64,000 nt of DNA from an uncultured Fibrobacterota bacterium (GTDB taxonomy: Bacteria; Fibrobacterota; Chitinivibrionia; Chitinivibrionales; FEN-1185): NCBI GenBank assembly GCA_963753345.1, contig CAVWBU010000018.1:64001-128000 (forward strand). Reading direction: 5' to 3'. Under the pieces are notes generated by a model. The model worked only from the letters and a program-made list of their open reading frames with translations, was not told the origin of the DNA and searched no databases. Below are positions 41,992-51,158 of the stretch, piece by piece. Position numbers and translations under genes: made by a program. Within the stretch, counting starts at the first letter, position 1. Each line of letters starts with the position of its first letter.

Positions 41992-43515
41992 ATGAACATT
42001 GCCAACATCATTCTTATCGACATCGACAACGCCGACCTCGCGGGTCAGCTTGTGTCGCGCGGGTACACGCCGGTGCCGGTGCAGGACATTCCTTCCATCC
42101 TCGACGCAAAGGTTCCGTTCGCCGCGGTTCTGGTGAGCCAGGAGGCCATCGGCGACGCGTATGCCGAAGACATGGAGCGCCTGTACTTCGCGAGCGGCGG
42201 AGCGCCCATCGCCGTGTTTATTTACGATCCGTCAATCATCTCCGCGGGGCTCAAGCGCGCGCTCGACGAAGGCACGCTCGAGCGCGTGTACGCGCACGAG
42301 GTGGCAAGCGGCCTGGCCACGAGCAGAATAGACCGGTTGTATCTTTCCGCCGGCCTCGACACCGTCGTGCGCGCGTACCAGCAGCAGGCCGACGACAAGG
42401 ATCTTCTCCACAAGGAGATGAACCTTCGCAACCGCGTGATCGAGCACGGGAGGGAGTTCAACTCGAATATCACCGGGTCCATCACGTCCGGGCTCGTGGT
42501 GATCGATACCGGGGGAAACATATTCCTCATCAACGAATACGCCCGGCGTCTCCTCAGGCTTTCCCAGGGCGACATGCTGGGCGAACCGTACCGCCGGGTG
42601 TTTCCGGAAAAAGTGTCCCGGTTCGTGGAAAACGCGCTCAAAAGGATTGCGGGCCCGTGGCGGCTGCACGACATGAAGAAGATAACCGTGGACGAGTCGG
42701 TGCTGGAAATCGCCACGTACCGCATGAACGACAATGCGCACGATCCCATCGGGCTGCTCATGCTCATCAACGACATCACCGACCAGGAGAACACCACAGC
42801 CCAGCTTTACAGGTCGGAAAAGCTCGCGACCGTGGGCACCATGCTGTCGGGCATCGCCCACGAGCTGCGCAACCCGCTGTCGATCATCAGCGCCCGGTCG
42901 CAGATGGCGCTCAAGAAGAGCGAGTGGGACCGGGAGTGGGCCTTAAAGAACTTCGAATCCATCGACGGCCAGGTCAACCGCTGCGCGTCGATCCTCAACA
43001 GCATGCTCGACTTCACCCGGTACAAGGCCGTGCAGCAGGCGCTTCACAAAGTGGACGAGGTGCTCGACGAGACGCTCACCCACGTGGAGTACCAGAGCAT
43101 TTTCGACGACATCAAGGTTGAAAAAAACTACCAGACGGGGCTTGTGGTGTACGGCGACCGCTCCCGTTTTGTCCAGATATTCCTCAACCTCATTCTCAAC
43201 GCGGCCGACGCCATGTCCGGCAAGGGCGTGCTCAGGCTCACAAGTTCGCTAGAGGAGCAGTCGACGGTGCTCGTCGAAATCCACGACACCGGCTGCGGGA
43301 TAGACGCCGCGGTCAAGGACAAGATTTTCGATCCGTTCTTCACCACCAAGGAACCGGGCAAGGGCGCCGGCCTCGGACTCGCCGTTTCCTACAAGATTAT
43401 CCAGGATTCGGGAGGCGAGATCTGGTGCTCCTCCGAGCCCGGCAGCACGTCCTTTTTTGTCCGGCTCCCCTCGGGGAAGAGAAAGGTGTATGAAAGAAAA
43501 ACTGCTGCTGGTTGA
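41992..43515 (+). CDS. PAS-domain sensor histidine kinase
   Basis: [10 protein letters not shown]-box, NLILNA, DTGCG, FFTTK, GAGLGL. Confidence 0.92.
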   Translation: MNIANIILIDIDNADLAGQLVSRGYTPVPVQDIPSILDAKVPFAAVLVSQEAIGDAYAEDMERLYFASGGAPIAVFIYDPSIISAGLKRALDEGTLERVYAHEVASGLATSRIDRLYLSAGLDTVVRAYQQQADDKDLLHKEMNLRNRVIEHGREFNSNITGSITSGLVVIDTGGNIFLINEYARRLLRLSQGDMLGEPYRRVFPEKVSRFVENALKRIAGPWRLHDMKKITVDESVLEIATYRMNDNAHDPIGLLMLINDITDQENTTAQLYRSEKLATVGTMLSGIAHELRNPLSIISARSQMALKKSEWDREWALKNFESIDGQVNRCASILNSMLDFTRYKAVQQALHKVDEVLDETLTHVEYQSIFDDIKVEKNYQTGLVVYGDRSRFVQIFLNLILNAADAMSGKGVLRLTSSLEEQSTVLVEIHDTGCGIDAAVKDKIFDPFFTTKEPGKGAGLGLAVSYKIIQDSGGEIWCSSEPGSTSFFVRLPSGKRKVYERKTAAG

Positions 43516-44398
43516 CGACGAGGCCGATTTCCTCGACGTCCTGTCGGAATATCTGGTTGACGAAGGCTACACGGTGAGCACCGCGCTCAACGCCAAGGAG
43601 GCGCTCTCGCTCCTTTCGAAGGAAACGTTCGACCTGCTCCTGTCGGACATCAACATGCCCGGCATGAAGGGGTTCGAGCTCATCAAGGAGGCCCGGCGGC
43701 TGTACCCTTCGCTCAAGAGCGCGCTCATCACGGCCTACGACGTGCGCGACTACCTGTACATGGCGAAACATTACAACATCGGCAATATCATCACCAAGAC
43801 GACCCCGTTCAATTTCGACGAGGTGCTGCTGCTTGTCAAGAACATCCTCTCGGAGGAAGTGTTCGGCCTCGACCGCTATGTGCGCGGCCCGGTGAAGCGG
43901 ACCACGGTCCGGAGCACCAACGACATCGAGGGCGTCATCCAGAGCATCGTCGCCGAAATGCCGGACCTCAGGCACCGGCGGAAGTTCCGTCAGGTGCTCA
44001 ACGAGATCATCGTGAACGCGGTGTACTACGGCGCGAAGCACGAGCGGGGCGACAGCAAGGAATCGTGGCCGCAGGAGGTGACCCTTTCCCCCGAGGAGGA
44101 GATCCTCATCGAGTGGGGCGCGGACGAAGAAAAGGCCGGCGTCACGGTGTGCGACCAGAAAGGCATGTTGACAAAAGAGGAAGTTCTGTACTGGCTCGAG
44201 CGCAACGCCACCAAGGGCGACAACGGCATGTCGGTGGGCCTGCTCGACGAGCACGGCAAGGGGCTTTTTATCTCGCGGGAGACCATCGACCGGTTCATCG
44301 TAAACATCAAGCGCGGGCAGAAGACCGAGATCGTGATGCTTAACTATAAGGAAGGACTGTACGACGGGTACAGGCCGTTGTGGATACAGGAACTATAA
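43490..44398 (+). CDS. Response regulator with C-terminal HATPase/anti-sigma-like domain
   Basis: LLVDD, SDINMPG receiver; EIIVNAVYYG, DQKG, GKGLFI. Confidence 0.82.
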   Translation: MKEKLLLVDDEADFLDVLSEYLVDEGYTVSTALNAKEALSLLSKETFDLLLSDINMPGMKGFELIKEARRLYPSLKSALITAYDVRDYLYMAKHYNIGNIITKTTPFNFDEVLLLVKNILSEEVFGLDRYVRGPVKRTTVRSTNDIEGVIQSIVAEMPDLRHRRKFRQVLNEIIVNAVYYGAKHERGDSKESWPQEVTLSPEEEILIEWGADEEKAGVTVCDQKGMLTKEEVLYWLERNATKGDNGMSVGLLDEHGKGLFISRETIDRFIVNIKRGQKTEIVMLNYKEGLYDGYRPLWIQEL

Positions 44399-44420
44399 TA
44401 AAATGTGACAATATTTATAA

Positions 44421-44543
44421 GGGGGAAGGCTCCCCCTCGCTCCGGTCTCCTCGGACTTCGTCCTCAAATACCTCCGCTACCCCCTCCTGGGTGTCCGCCT
44501 TGACAAAGCAGCTGCAAGACCATGCATTGTTGTGGCGGCACCC
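44421..44543 (-). repeat. Motif B, copy 3
   Basis: Minus strand GGGTGCCGCC...GGCGGACACCCAGGAGGGGGTAGCG...GAGGGGGAGCCTTCCCCC. Confidence 0.8.
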
Positions 44544-44701
44544 ACGGGGAATTGTGGATTGAGGAATGTGGATTGAAGGCGATAGATGCGAGTGAAGTGA
44601 AGCAATCACCGGCAACGTTGACGTTTGGCAATTGACCGCGGATCTTCAGCGCATGCGAAATTGCGCAAGAAGAACTACTTGACGGAATAGATTCCGGCTA
44701 C

Positions 44702-44870
44702 CGCGCGTTAGGGGCGACGGAGTGGTCCCGCCGAAGCGGGATTGCCGGCCGACGACCCTTGGAAGCACCCGACGGGGTGCCCCGCCGCAACGCGGCTTCG
44801 GGGCGGTCCGGCAACGAGGCGAACAGCCGAGCCCGGAGGAGAACCGACCCCGCAAAGCGGGGGAACGCCC
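44702..44870 (-). repeat. Motif A, copy 6
   Basis: Minus strand GGGCGTTCCCC...CCCTAACGCG then GAATCTATTCCGTCAA. Confidence 0.8.
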
Positions 44871-44903
44871 ATCCCCCTCGACTTCTATTACTGCGTGTAA
44901 TAG

Positions 44904-45523
44904 TTATTCCGACAACCTGAACGGCGGATACTCATCCGTGATCAGCAGGAACGCGTACGCGTTCACCCGCAGCGACCACCGGAGCACGCCCACCACAAAC
45001 TCGTGCATCCCCGCCGGATATTTCCCGGTGAAGAGAATGGCGAACCATGCGATGATCGTTACGAACACAACGGAAATGCCCAGGAAGACAAGGATGAAAA
45101 TGTGCGGGATGGCAAGGAACCATTTCACCAGCGGCATCCCCCGCGACAATTCCTGCGCAGCGTCGGATAACGCAGTTCGATGTTGACGGACTGGTCTTCC
45201 GCAAGCGCCGGATACTCATCGCGCAGTATCAGGAGATAGGCGCCGATCCTTGTGGAGAATTTCGTGAGTGACACGTTCCAGTCGAACCACCAGCGGGGAT
45301 ATTTTCTCCTGAACAGAATGGCGAGCACCGTGGGAAGGAGCAGTATTCCCGGCCCCGCCCAGTGTCCGTTTTTCGAGGTGAACCCGACCAGAAGGACCAG
45401 GATGATCGCCACCGGTATGGCGCAGAATATCCTGAAAAAGCATGTGAGCCGGTCCGACGAGGCCGGGTGGGGAATGGCAAGCCTTGCAAAGGGAAAAGAA
45501 GGGACGGTCTGCTGCTCGTTCAT
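44904..45523 (-). pseudogene. DUF4389 membrane protein, frameshifted near 45165
   Basis: Two DUF4389-type halves (LFRRKYPRWWFDW...DEYP; LFTGKYP...DEYPPF); adding one base restores YPDAAQELSRGMPLVKW. Confidence 0.75.
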
Positions 45524-45820
45524 GGCTTCTCCTTTGTGAAGTAAGCTGATTTTATTTGATTGATTTGCTCTTGAAAGGATTGGGCTGACCCAAACAAAAT
45601 GACTTGGAAGTGGGCTTGGATATCAAACTACAATCTGCATTCGTCGCTGTCCATGTTGGATCTTAGGTTGGTTTTAACACTTGTGCGGGCTGCCATCAAC
45701 AGGATTAAGAGAAGGAAATACATCCCGATAGTTGATAGCTCAAAGAGGGATAATTGCCAATCACCCTAAATATACCGAACAGCGTAGATTGAATGAGTTT
45801 ACAGAATAGATTTCCTCTGC

Positions 45821-45961
45821 CGCGCGCCAGGCAGGACTGGAGGCCGCGCTGGAGCGCGGTGCCGCCCGGACCCGCCGCGTCAGCGGCGTAGGGCCGAGGC
45901 GGCCCGAGGCCGAAGGCCGAGACCGGAAGGACGGCCGCCGCTGCGAAGCAGCGGGGCGCCC
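45821..45961 (-). repeat. Motif A, copy 7
   Basis: Minus strand GGGCGCCCC...CCTTCCGGTCTCGGCC...GGGCCGCCTCGG...CCGGGCGGCA...CCTGGCGCG. Confidence 0.8.
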
Positions 45962-45977
45962 ATATTTTTAACACTCT

Positions 45978-46685
45978 TCATCCGCCCAGATACGCCGCTA
46001 TCACCTTGGGATTGTCCCGAATCTCGGCCGCCCTTCCGCTCAGCACGATGCACCCGGTTTCCAATACATAGGCGGAATGCGCAATAGTCAATGCCTTGTG
46101 CGCGTTCTGTTCCACCAGAAGAATCGTGGCGCCCTCGCCGTTGATCCTTTGGATCGTCTCGAACATACTTGACACAAGGGAAGGCGAGAGACCCATGGAA
46201 GGCTCGTCGAGCAGAAGAAGTTCGGCGCCGGAAACCAGGGCGCGTCCCACGGCGAGCATCTGCTGTTCCCCTCCGGAAAGCGTGCCCGCGGTCTGTTTCG
46301 CGCGCTCGCTAAGCCTGGGAAACAGGTCGAACACGTGCGCGAGCGCAGTTTCGAACGCGGCTTTGGGCTGACCCGCCGACGCGGCCACCTCCAGGTTTTC
46401 CATCACGGTGAGTGGGGAGAAAATGCCGCGGCCCTCGGGCACGTGCGCGATGCCCATTCTGGCGATGGTGTGGGCCGGAAGCCGCGCAATGTCTTTTCCT
46501 TTGAAGCGAATGGCGCCGGCCGAAGCACGGTGGAGGCCGGAAATGGTGCGCAGAATGGTCGATTTCCCGGCGCCGTTTGCGCCTACAATGGCGACAATAT
46601 GTCCCTTGTCGACGGAAAAGGAGACGTCGTCGAGCGCGGTGATGGAGCCGTAGGCGGCGCGGACGTGTTCCGCTTCAAGCAGCAT
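45978..46685 (-). CDS. livF: Branched-chain amino acid ABC transporter ATP-binding protein
   Basis: GANGAGKS, VPEGRGIF, LSGGEQQM, LLDEPSMGL, VEQNA. Confidence 0.92.
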   Translation of the reverse strand: MLLEAEHVRAAYGSITALDDVSFSVDKGHIVAIVGANGAGKSTILRTISGLHRASAGAIRFKGKDIARLPAHTIARMGIAHVPEGRGIFSPLTVMENLEVAASAGQPKAAFETALAHVFDLFPRLSERAKQTAGTLSGGEQQMLAVGRALVSGAELLLLDEPSMGLSPSLVSSMFETIQRINGEGATILLVEQNAHKALTIAHSAYVLETGCIVLSGRAAEIRDNPKVIAAYLGG

Positions 46686-47454
46686 GGCCGCCCTCTTTTC
46701 CGAGATAGGCCTCGATCACGCGCGGGTCGCTGCGCACGTCGGCGGGCGCGCCCTGCGCTATTGTTTCTCCAAAGTCAAGAACAACGATCCTTTGCGAGAC
46801 CTTCATGATCACGTGCATGTTGTGCTCGATGATGAGCATGGTGAGGCCGAAGCGTTCCTTGACCCACAGGATGGTGTCGATAAGGTCCTTTGCCTCGTTG
46901 AGGTTCATGCCCGCGGCGGGCTCGTCGAGCAGCAGCAGCGACGGCCCGGTGGCGATCGCGCGCGCGATCTCCAGGCGGCGCTGCTGACCGTAGGCCAGCG
47001 AGGAACTGCGCAGATCCGCCTTTGCCTCGAGCCCGAAAATGGACAACAGGTCGCGGCACCAGGCATCGAGGTCGTGCTCGCTTGTCCAGAACCGGGGCGG
47101 ATGGAACAGCGACGCGGCAAGGCCGTAGCCCGTACGGCGCCGTGCCGCCACCTTGATGTTGTCGATAATCGACATGTCGTGAAACAGGCGGATGTTCTGG
47201 AATGTCCTTGCAATGCCTTTGCGGTTCACTGCATGCGGCGCGAGGCCCGCCACCGACTCGCCGTTGAACACGATGTCGCCCCTGCTCGGTTTGTAGATGC
47301 CCGAGATCAGGTTGAACACCGTAGTCTTGCCCGCGCCGTTGGGACCGATGAGCCCAACAAGCTCGCCGCGCTCCATTGACAGATTAAAGTCCGCCACGGC
47401 GCACAGGCCGCCGAAGTAGCGGGTGAGGCCGGTTATGGTGAACAGCGGCATCAT
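46675..47454 (-). CDS. livG: Branched-chain amino acid ABC transporter ATP-binding protein
   Basis: GPNGAGKT, ARTFQNIRLF, LAYGQQRRLEIARA, DEPAAGM, IEHNM. Confidence 0.92.
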   Translation of the reverse strand: MMPLFTITGLTRYFGGLCAVADFNLSMERGELVGLIGPNGAGKTTVFNLISGIYKPSRGDIVFNGESVAGLAPHAVNRKGIARTFQNIRLFHDMSIIDNIKVAARRRTGYGLAASLFHPPRFWTSEHDLDAWCRDLLSIFGLEAKADLRSSSLAYGQQRRLEIARAIATGPSLLLLDEPAAGMNLNEAKDLIDTILWVKERFGLTMLIIEHNMHVIMKVSQRIVVLDFGETIAQGAPADVRSDPRVIEAYLGKEGGHAA

Positions 47455-48476
47455 GATTTCCTTTTTTCCACCATTTCCTTGTATTTCCACGGCACAAGGA
47501 ACGAAAACTCGCGCTCGCCCATGATCCCGTCACGCAGGAACCGCATCACCAGAATGAGGATGAGCGGGTAGATGGCCATGCGCCATGCCTCCAGGTTTAC
47601 AAGCCGGAGGCCTTCGGGTACGAGGGTGAAAATGCCCGCTCCCACGATGCTGCCCGCGATGCTGTGCGGCCCGCCTATGTACAGAAAGATGAGAATGTCG
47701 AGCGTCTTGAGAAAGCCGAAGTTGTCGGGATTGATGTAGCGGCTCAGGTGGGCAAACAAGGCGCCGGCGATGCCCGCGAAAAAGGCGCCGAGCGCAAAAG
47801 CGCACACCTTCTGGAACGTGGCGTTGACGCCCATGCAGGAAGCCGCGATTTCGTTGTCGCGCACGGCAATGCACGCCCTGCCGAAATGCGAATACACGAA
47901 GTTGCGCATCATCCAGAGCGAAAGAACAAAGAACGCGCCCACGTAGAATGCTCCGGAAAACGCGGGAATGGCGGGAATGCCGCGCGGCCCGCCCAGAACG
48001 TCGGTGAAGCGAAGCCCGGCCCGGATCACCTCGCCTGCGGCAAGCGTCACGATGGCAAGGTAATCGCCGCGCAGCCGAAGCGAAGGAAAACCGATGGCAA
48101 TGCCGAACGCGCCGGCCGCGGCGCCGCCCGCAAACACCGACAGCACAAACACCGCGTGGCCCGCAATAGACGTCGCGGCAAGCGGAGTGCCGAAAATCAA
48201 CTTCGGCAGCAGGGTGGTTATCGTCGCCGAGGCGTACGCGCCGATGGCCATGAATCCCGCATGCCCGAGTGAGAACTGGCCCGAGAAGCCGTTGATAAGC
48301 GCGAGCGACGCCGTGAGGATGATGTTGATTTCGATGAGAAAGAAGATGCGGGAGTAATACTGGAACTGGCGGTGGCCGGAAAACATTCCGAGCGCCGTTT
48401 GGGCGATAATGAATATGCCCAAGATCAGGAGGACCTTGGTCGTATGTTGTGGCTTTGATTCGATTTGTAAATGCAT
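47451..48476 (-). CDS. livM: Branched-chain amino acid ABC transporter permease
   Basis: GQFSLGHAGF, LRLRGDYLAIVTL, AVRDNEIAA. Confidence 0.9.
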   Translation of the reverse strand: MHLQIESKPQHTTKVLLILGIFIIAQTALGMFSGHRQFQYYSRIFFLIEINIILTASLALINGFSGQFSLGHAGFMAIGAYASATITTLLPKLIFGTPLAATSIAGHAVFVLSVFAGGAAAGAFGIAIGFPSLRLRGDYLAIVTLAAGEVIRAGLRFTDVLGGPRGIPAIPAFSGAFYVGAFFVLSLWMMRNFVYSHFGRACIAVRDNEIAASCMGVNATFQKVCAFALGAFFAGIAGALFAHLSRYINPDNFGFLKTLDILIFLYIGGPHSIAGSIVGAGIFTLVPEGLRLVNLEAWRMAIYPLILILVMRFLRDGIMGEREFSFLVPWKYKEMVEKRKS

Positions 48477-48496
48477 GTAAATAGACCTTAAGATTT

Positions 48497-48638
48497 GGGC
48501 GTCCCCGCTGCTTCGCCGCGGCGGCCCTCCTTCCAGGCTCGGCCTATCGGCCTCGTTGCCGCCTGCCGCAATGGCTCTTTGAGCCGCGGTCAGGCGGCAA
48601 TGCGCTCTGGCGCACCTTCCAGTCCTGCCTGGCGCGCG
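48497..48638 (+). repeat. Motif A, copy 8
   Basis: GGGCGTCCCC...TTGCCGCCTG...CAGGCGGCAA TGCGCTCTGGCGCA...CCTGGCGCG then GAATCTCTATTCAGTCAA. Confidence 0.8.
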
Positions 48639-48745
48639 GTAGAAGAATCTCTATTCAGTCAACGTTGTAACAGCGCCATTCCGCATCCTCAGCACACTAG
48701 TCAATGGTTCTTTCTTTGCTTTTCAACTTAGCAACTTTCGCTCGT

Positions 48746-48882
48746 GGGTGCCCCCGCACAGGTGTATGGTTCTTCGCGGCGCCATCAAGGGGGCCACCCG
48801 GGAGAGGGGGGTGCCGAGCGACACCGCAGTCCCAGCTGCAGGCGGGGCGGGGAGGCGAGGCCAGGGGAGATACCTCTCCCCC
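48746..48882 (+). repeat. Motif B, copy 4
   Basis: GGGTGCCCCCGCACAGGTGT...GGGGGCCACCC...GGGGAGATACCTCTCCCC. Confidence 0.78.
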
Positions 48883-48912
48883 AATAAATTTTAGTCATTT
48901 AATTGGCAATTT

Positions 48913-50076
48913 TTACACTTTTTCCTGCTCACTTTTCCCCAGAATTCCTGTCGGCTTGACAAGAAGGATGATCATCAATATGATAAACGCCGCGGCAAAC
49001 CCGAGGTTCGAATCCACCGAATTCGCGAACACCTCCGATATTCCCATGATAAATGCTCCGATCACCGCGCCGGGCAGGCTGCCGATGCCGCCGAGGACCG
49101 CGGCGATAAACGCCTTCATGCCGGGCGCAAAACCCAGAAACGGCGACTGGAGCACGCCGTAGTTCATGGCGTAAAGAATGCCCGATGCGCCCGCCAGCGC
49201 GGGGCCGATCACAAAGGTGAGCGCAATGATTCCGTTGACGTCAATGCCCATGAGCGCGGCGGCGTCATGGTTGAACGCCACAGCCCGCATCTGTTTTCCC
49301 AACAGCGTCTTCTCCACGAGGAACCAGAGCAGCAACAGCAGCAACCCGCACACGGCGATGTTGATGACGAACATGTTGGTGACCGAGACGTCGAGCCCGG
49401 GAATGCGCAGGAGGTCGACCCGCTTGAGCAGGTCGGGGAACGCGCGGTACTTGTTTTCGAACACCATGGGCAGGGAGCAGAAGTTCTCGAGGAAGTAGGA
49501 AACGCCGAGCGCGGTGATGAGCACCGAGAGCCTCTTCCTGCGGCGCAGCGGCCGGTAGGCGATGCGCTCCATGGCGGCGCCGAGCACGGCGCAAACTGCC
49601 ATTACGTAAAGCACGAGCAGGGGAAAAAACAGCAGGCCGAGCCTTAGCGAGTAGAGACCGCGTGAAATCGCGAGCAGCGCGGGCGCGATCGCGCAGGTGA
49701 GCGCGGCAATGCACACTAGTTTCGCCGCGTTTTCCGCGGCAACCTGCGCGGCCTTCACCCGGAACAGGCCCCCGAGAACCGGCAGGTTGCGCATCGCGAA
49801 CCGCTCGAACAGGACGGCCGTGATGAGATACGCCAGCGCCAGTCCGACAAGGACGCAGAGCTGCGGCGGAAACGCAGCCGACCCTGCGTAAAACGAGGCG
49901 GCGAAGAACGCAACATACGCGCCCACCATAAAGATATCGGCGTGGGCGAAATTGATGAGCTTGATCACGCCGTAGACAAGCGTGTACCCCAGCGCGATAA
50001 GGGCGTAGATGGAGCCGAGCTGGAGGCCGTTGATCAATTGCTGGAGGAGGTAGGACAGCATGGGCGAGCTATGCAT
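48913..50076 (-). CDS. livH: Branched-chain amino acid ABC transporter permease (with internal hydrophobic insertion)
   Basis: QQLINGLQLGSIYALIALGYTLVYG..INFAH, ERIAYRPLR, KAFIAAVLGGIGS, KPTGILG. Confidence 0.9.
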   Translation of the reverse strand: MHSSPMLSYLLQQLINGLQLGSIYALIALGYTLVYGVIKLINFAHADIFMVGAYVAFFAASFYAGSAAFPPQLCVLVGLALAYLITAVLFERFAMRNLPVLGGLFRVKAAQVAAENAAKLVCIAALTCAIAPALLAISRGLYSLRLGLLFFPLLVLYVMAVCAVLGAAMERIAYRPLRRRKRLSVLITALGVSYFLENFCSLPMVFENKYRAFPDLLKRVDLLRIPGLDVSVTNMFVINIAVCGLLLLLLWFLVEKTLLGKQMRAVAFNHDAAALMGIDVNGIIALTFVIGPALAGASGILYAMNYGVLQSPFLGFAPGMKAFIAAVLGGIGSLPGAVIGAFIMGISEVFANSVDSNLGFAAAFIILMIILLVKPTGILGKSEQEKV

Positions 50077-50288
50077 TCCCTTGTGTCAAATCAGCCGGTG
50101 TGAGTCAACACAGTTTCAAAGCGATTTGCCACCTGGCCGTCAAATGCCGCGGACGCATCCGAAGCCCGTGCGTAAAGAAGAGAAAAACTACGTATTCCTC
50201 ACCAGGAAAGCAAATGCACCATGGGGGTGGCACCGTGCGCTTTGTACCGGCGAGGGAGGAGGTTGTGGAAGGGCGAAATTCCGCCGCT

Positions 50289-51158
50289 CTAGCTCGCGGG
50301 AAGAATCCGACCAAGTGCCGCCATAATCGCCTGCGGATCAATGGTATCGAGGCAGTGTTTCTCCTTGAGCGGGCACGGCTGAGCATAGGGCACCGATCCT
50401 TTGCCTGGGCCGATGCACGGGTCGGTCGGATCGCAGGGCTTGGCCGCTTGGAGGTGCACCTGCTCGTCGTATCCGTACACCTCGTGGCTGGTGGGGCCCC
50501 ACATCGCGACCGCCCGGACACCCGCGCAGTGCGCGGCGTGCATGACGAAGTTGTCAAGCGTTATCACTGCGTTCATGCGTTTTAACAGCGCGATGAGCTG
50601 GCGCGGGGTGGTGAGCCCGAGGAGCGAGTAGGCGCCGCGCACGTGACGGTCCGACGCCCTTCCCACCTGAAATATGCCGATGTCCCTCGACGCGAGGGCC
50701 GCCGCGACCGACCGCCATATGTCAAGCGACATCTCCTTCTTGGGGGAAGCAGAGGATGCCGCGATGGCTACGTTGGTTTTTTTCCACGGCAGAAAATCGG
50801 TCAGCAGTTTGTCTTCCGTGCCGTCATTGGAAATCCAGAGGCGCTCGTCCACGGGCGTTGTGAGGCCGAAGGTGCGGGCCAGAATCTGGAACGGCCGCGC
50901 CGGGCCCGGCCCCAGGGTCTCGAGGCTCCAGTAGGTCATGTGAACGAGGGGAGCGTCTGCCGGAGGGTGGCCGATATCGGCGATGGCAGGATGCCCGGTC
51001 AGAATGTCGGTGTAATCGGTCCGCCGGATAAGATTGTAGCGTTGCTTCGGGTTCCTGTCGTGCACCATCTTGAGCACGCCGGAGAGCATGAGCGCGTCGC
51101 CCTGGCCGCCCACAGGGTTAATCCAGGGATACGCGTTTCCTTTTGTTTCATGAGCCAT
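50289..51158 (-). CDS. Glycosyltransferase family 9 (heptosyltransferase-like) protein
   Basis: GGQGDALM N-terminal motif; DNFVMHAAHCAGVRAVAMWGPT; C-terminal Cys loop; overlaps the upstream rSAM gene. Confidence 0.82.
   Translation of the reverse strand: MAHETKGNAYPWINPVGGQGDALMLSGVLKMVHDRNPKQRYNLIRRTDYTDILTGHPAIADIGHPPADAPLVHMTYWSLETLGPGPARPFQILARTFGLTTPVDERLWISNDGTEDKLLTDFLPWKKTNVAIAASSASPKKEMSLDIWRSVAAALASRDIGIFQVGRASDRHVRGAYSLLGLTTPRQLIALLKRMNAVITLDNFVMHAAHCAGVRAVAMWGPTSHEVYGYDEQVHLQAAKPCDPTDPCIGPGKGSVPYAQPCPLKEKHCLDTIDPQAIMAALGRILPAS

Noticed and set aside
45675-45700. Possible degenerate motif B downstream of motif A copy 7 (minus strand CCCGCACAAGTGT)
   Set aside because: Only about 13 nt match and the closing stems are missing; too weak to call.
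45978-50076. liv ABC genes as exporter for the RiPP-like cluster
   Set aside because: Motifs are those of a standard branched-chain amino acid importer, not a peptide exporter.
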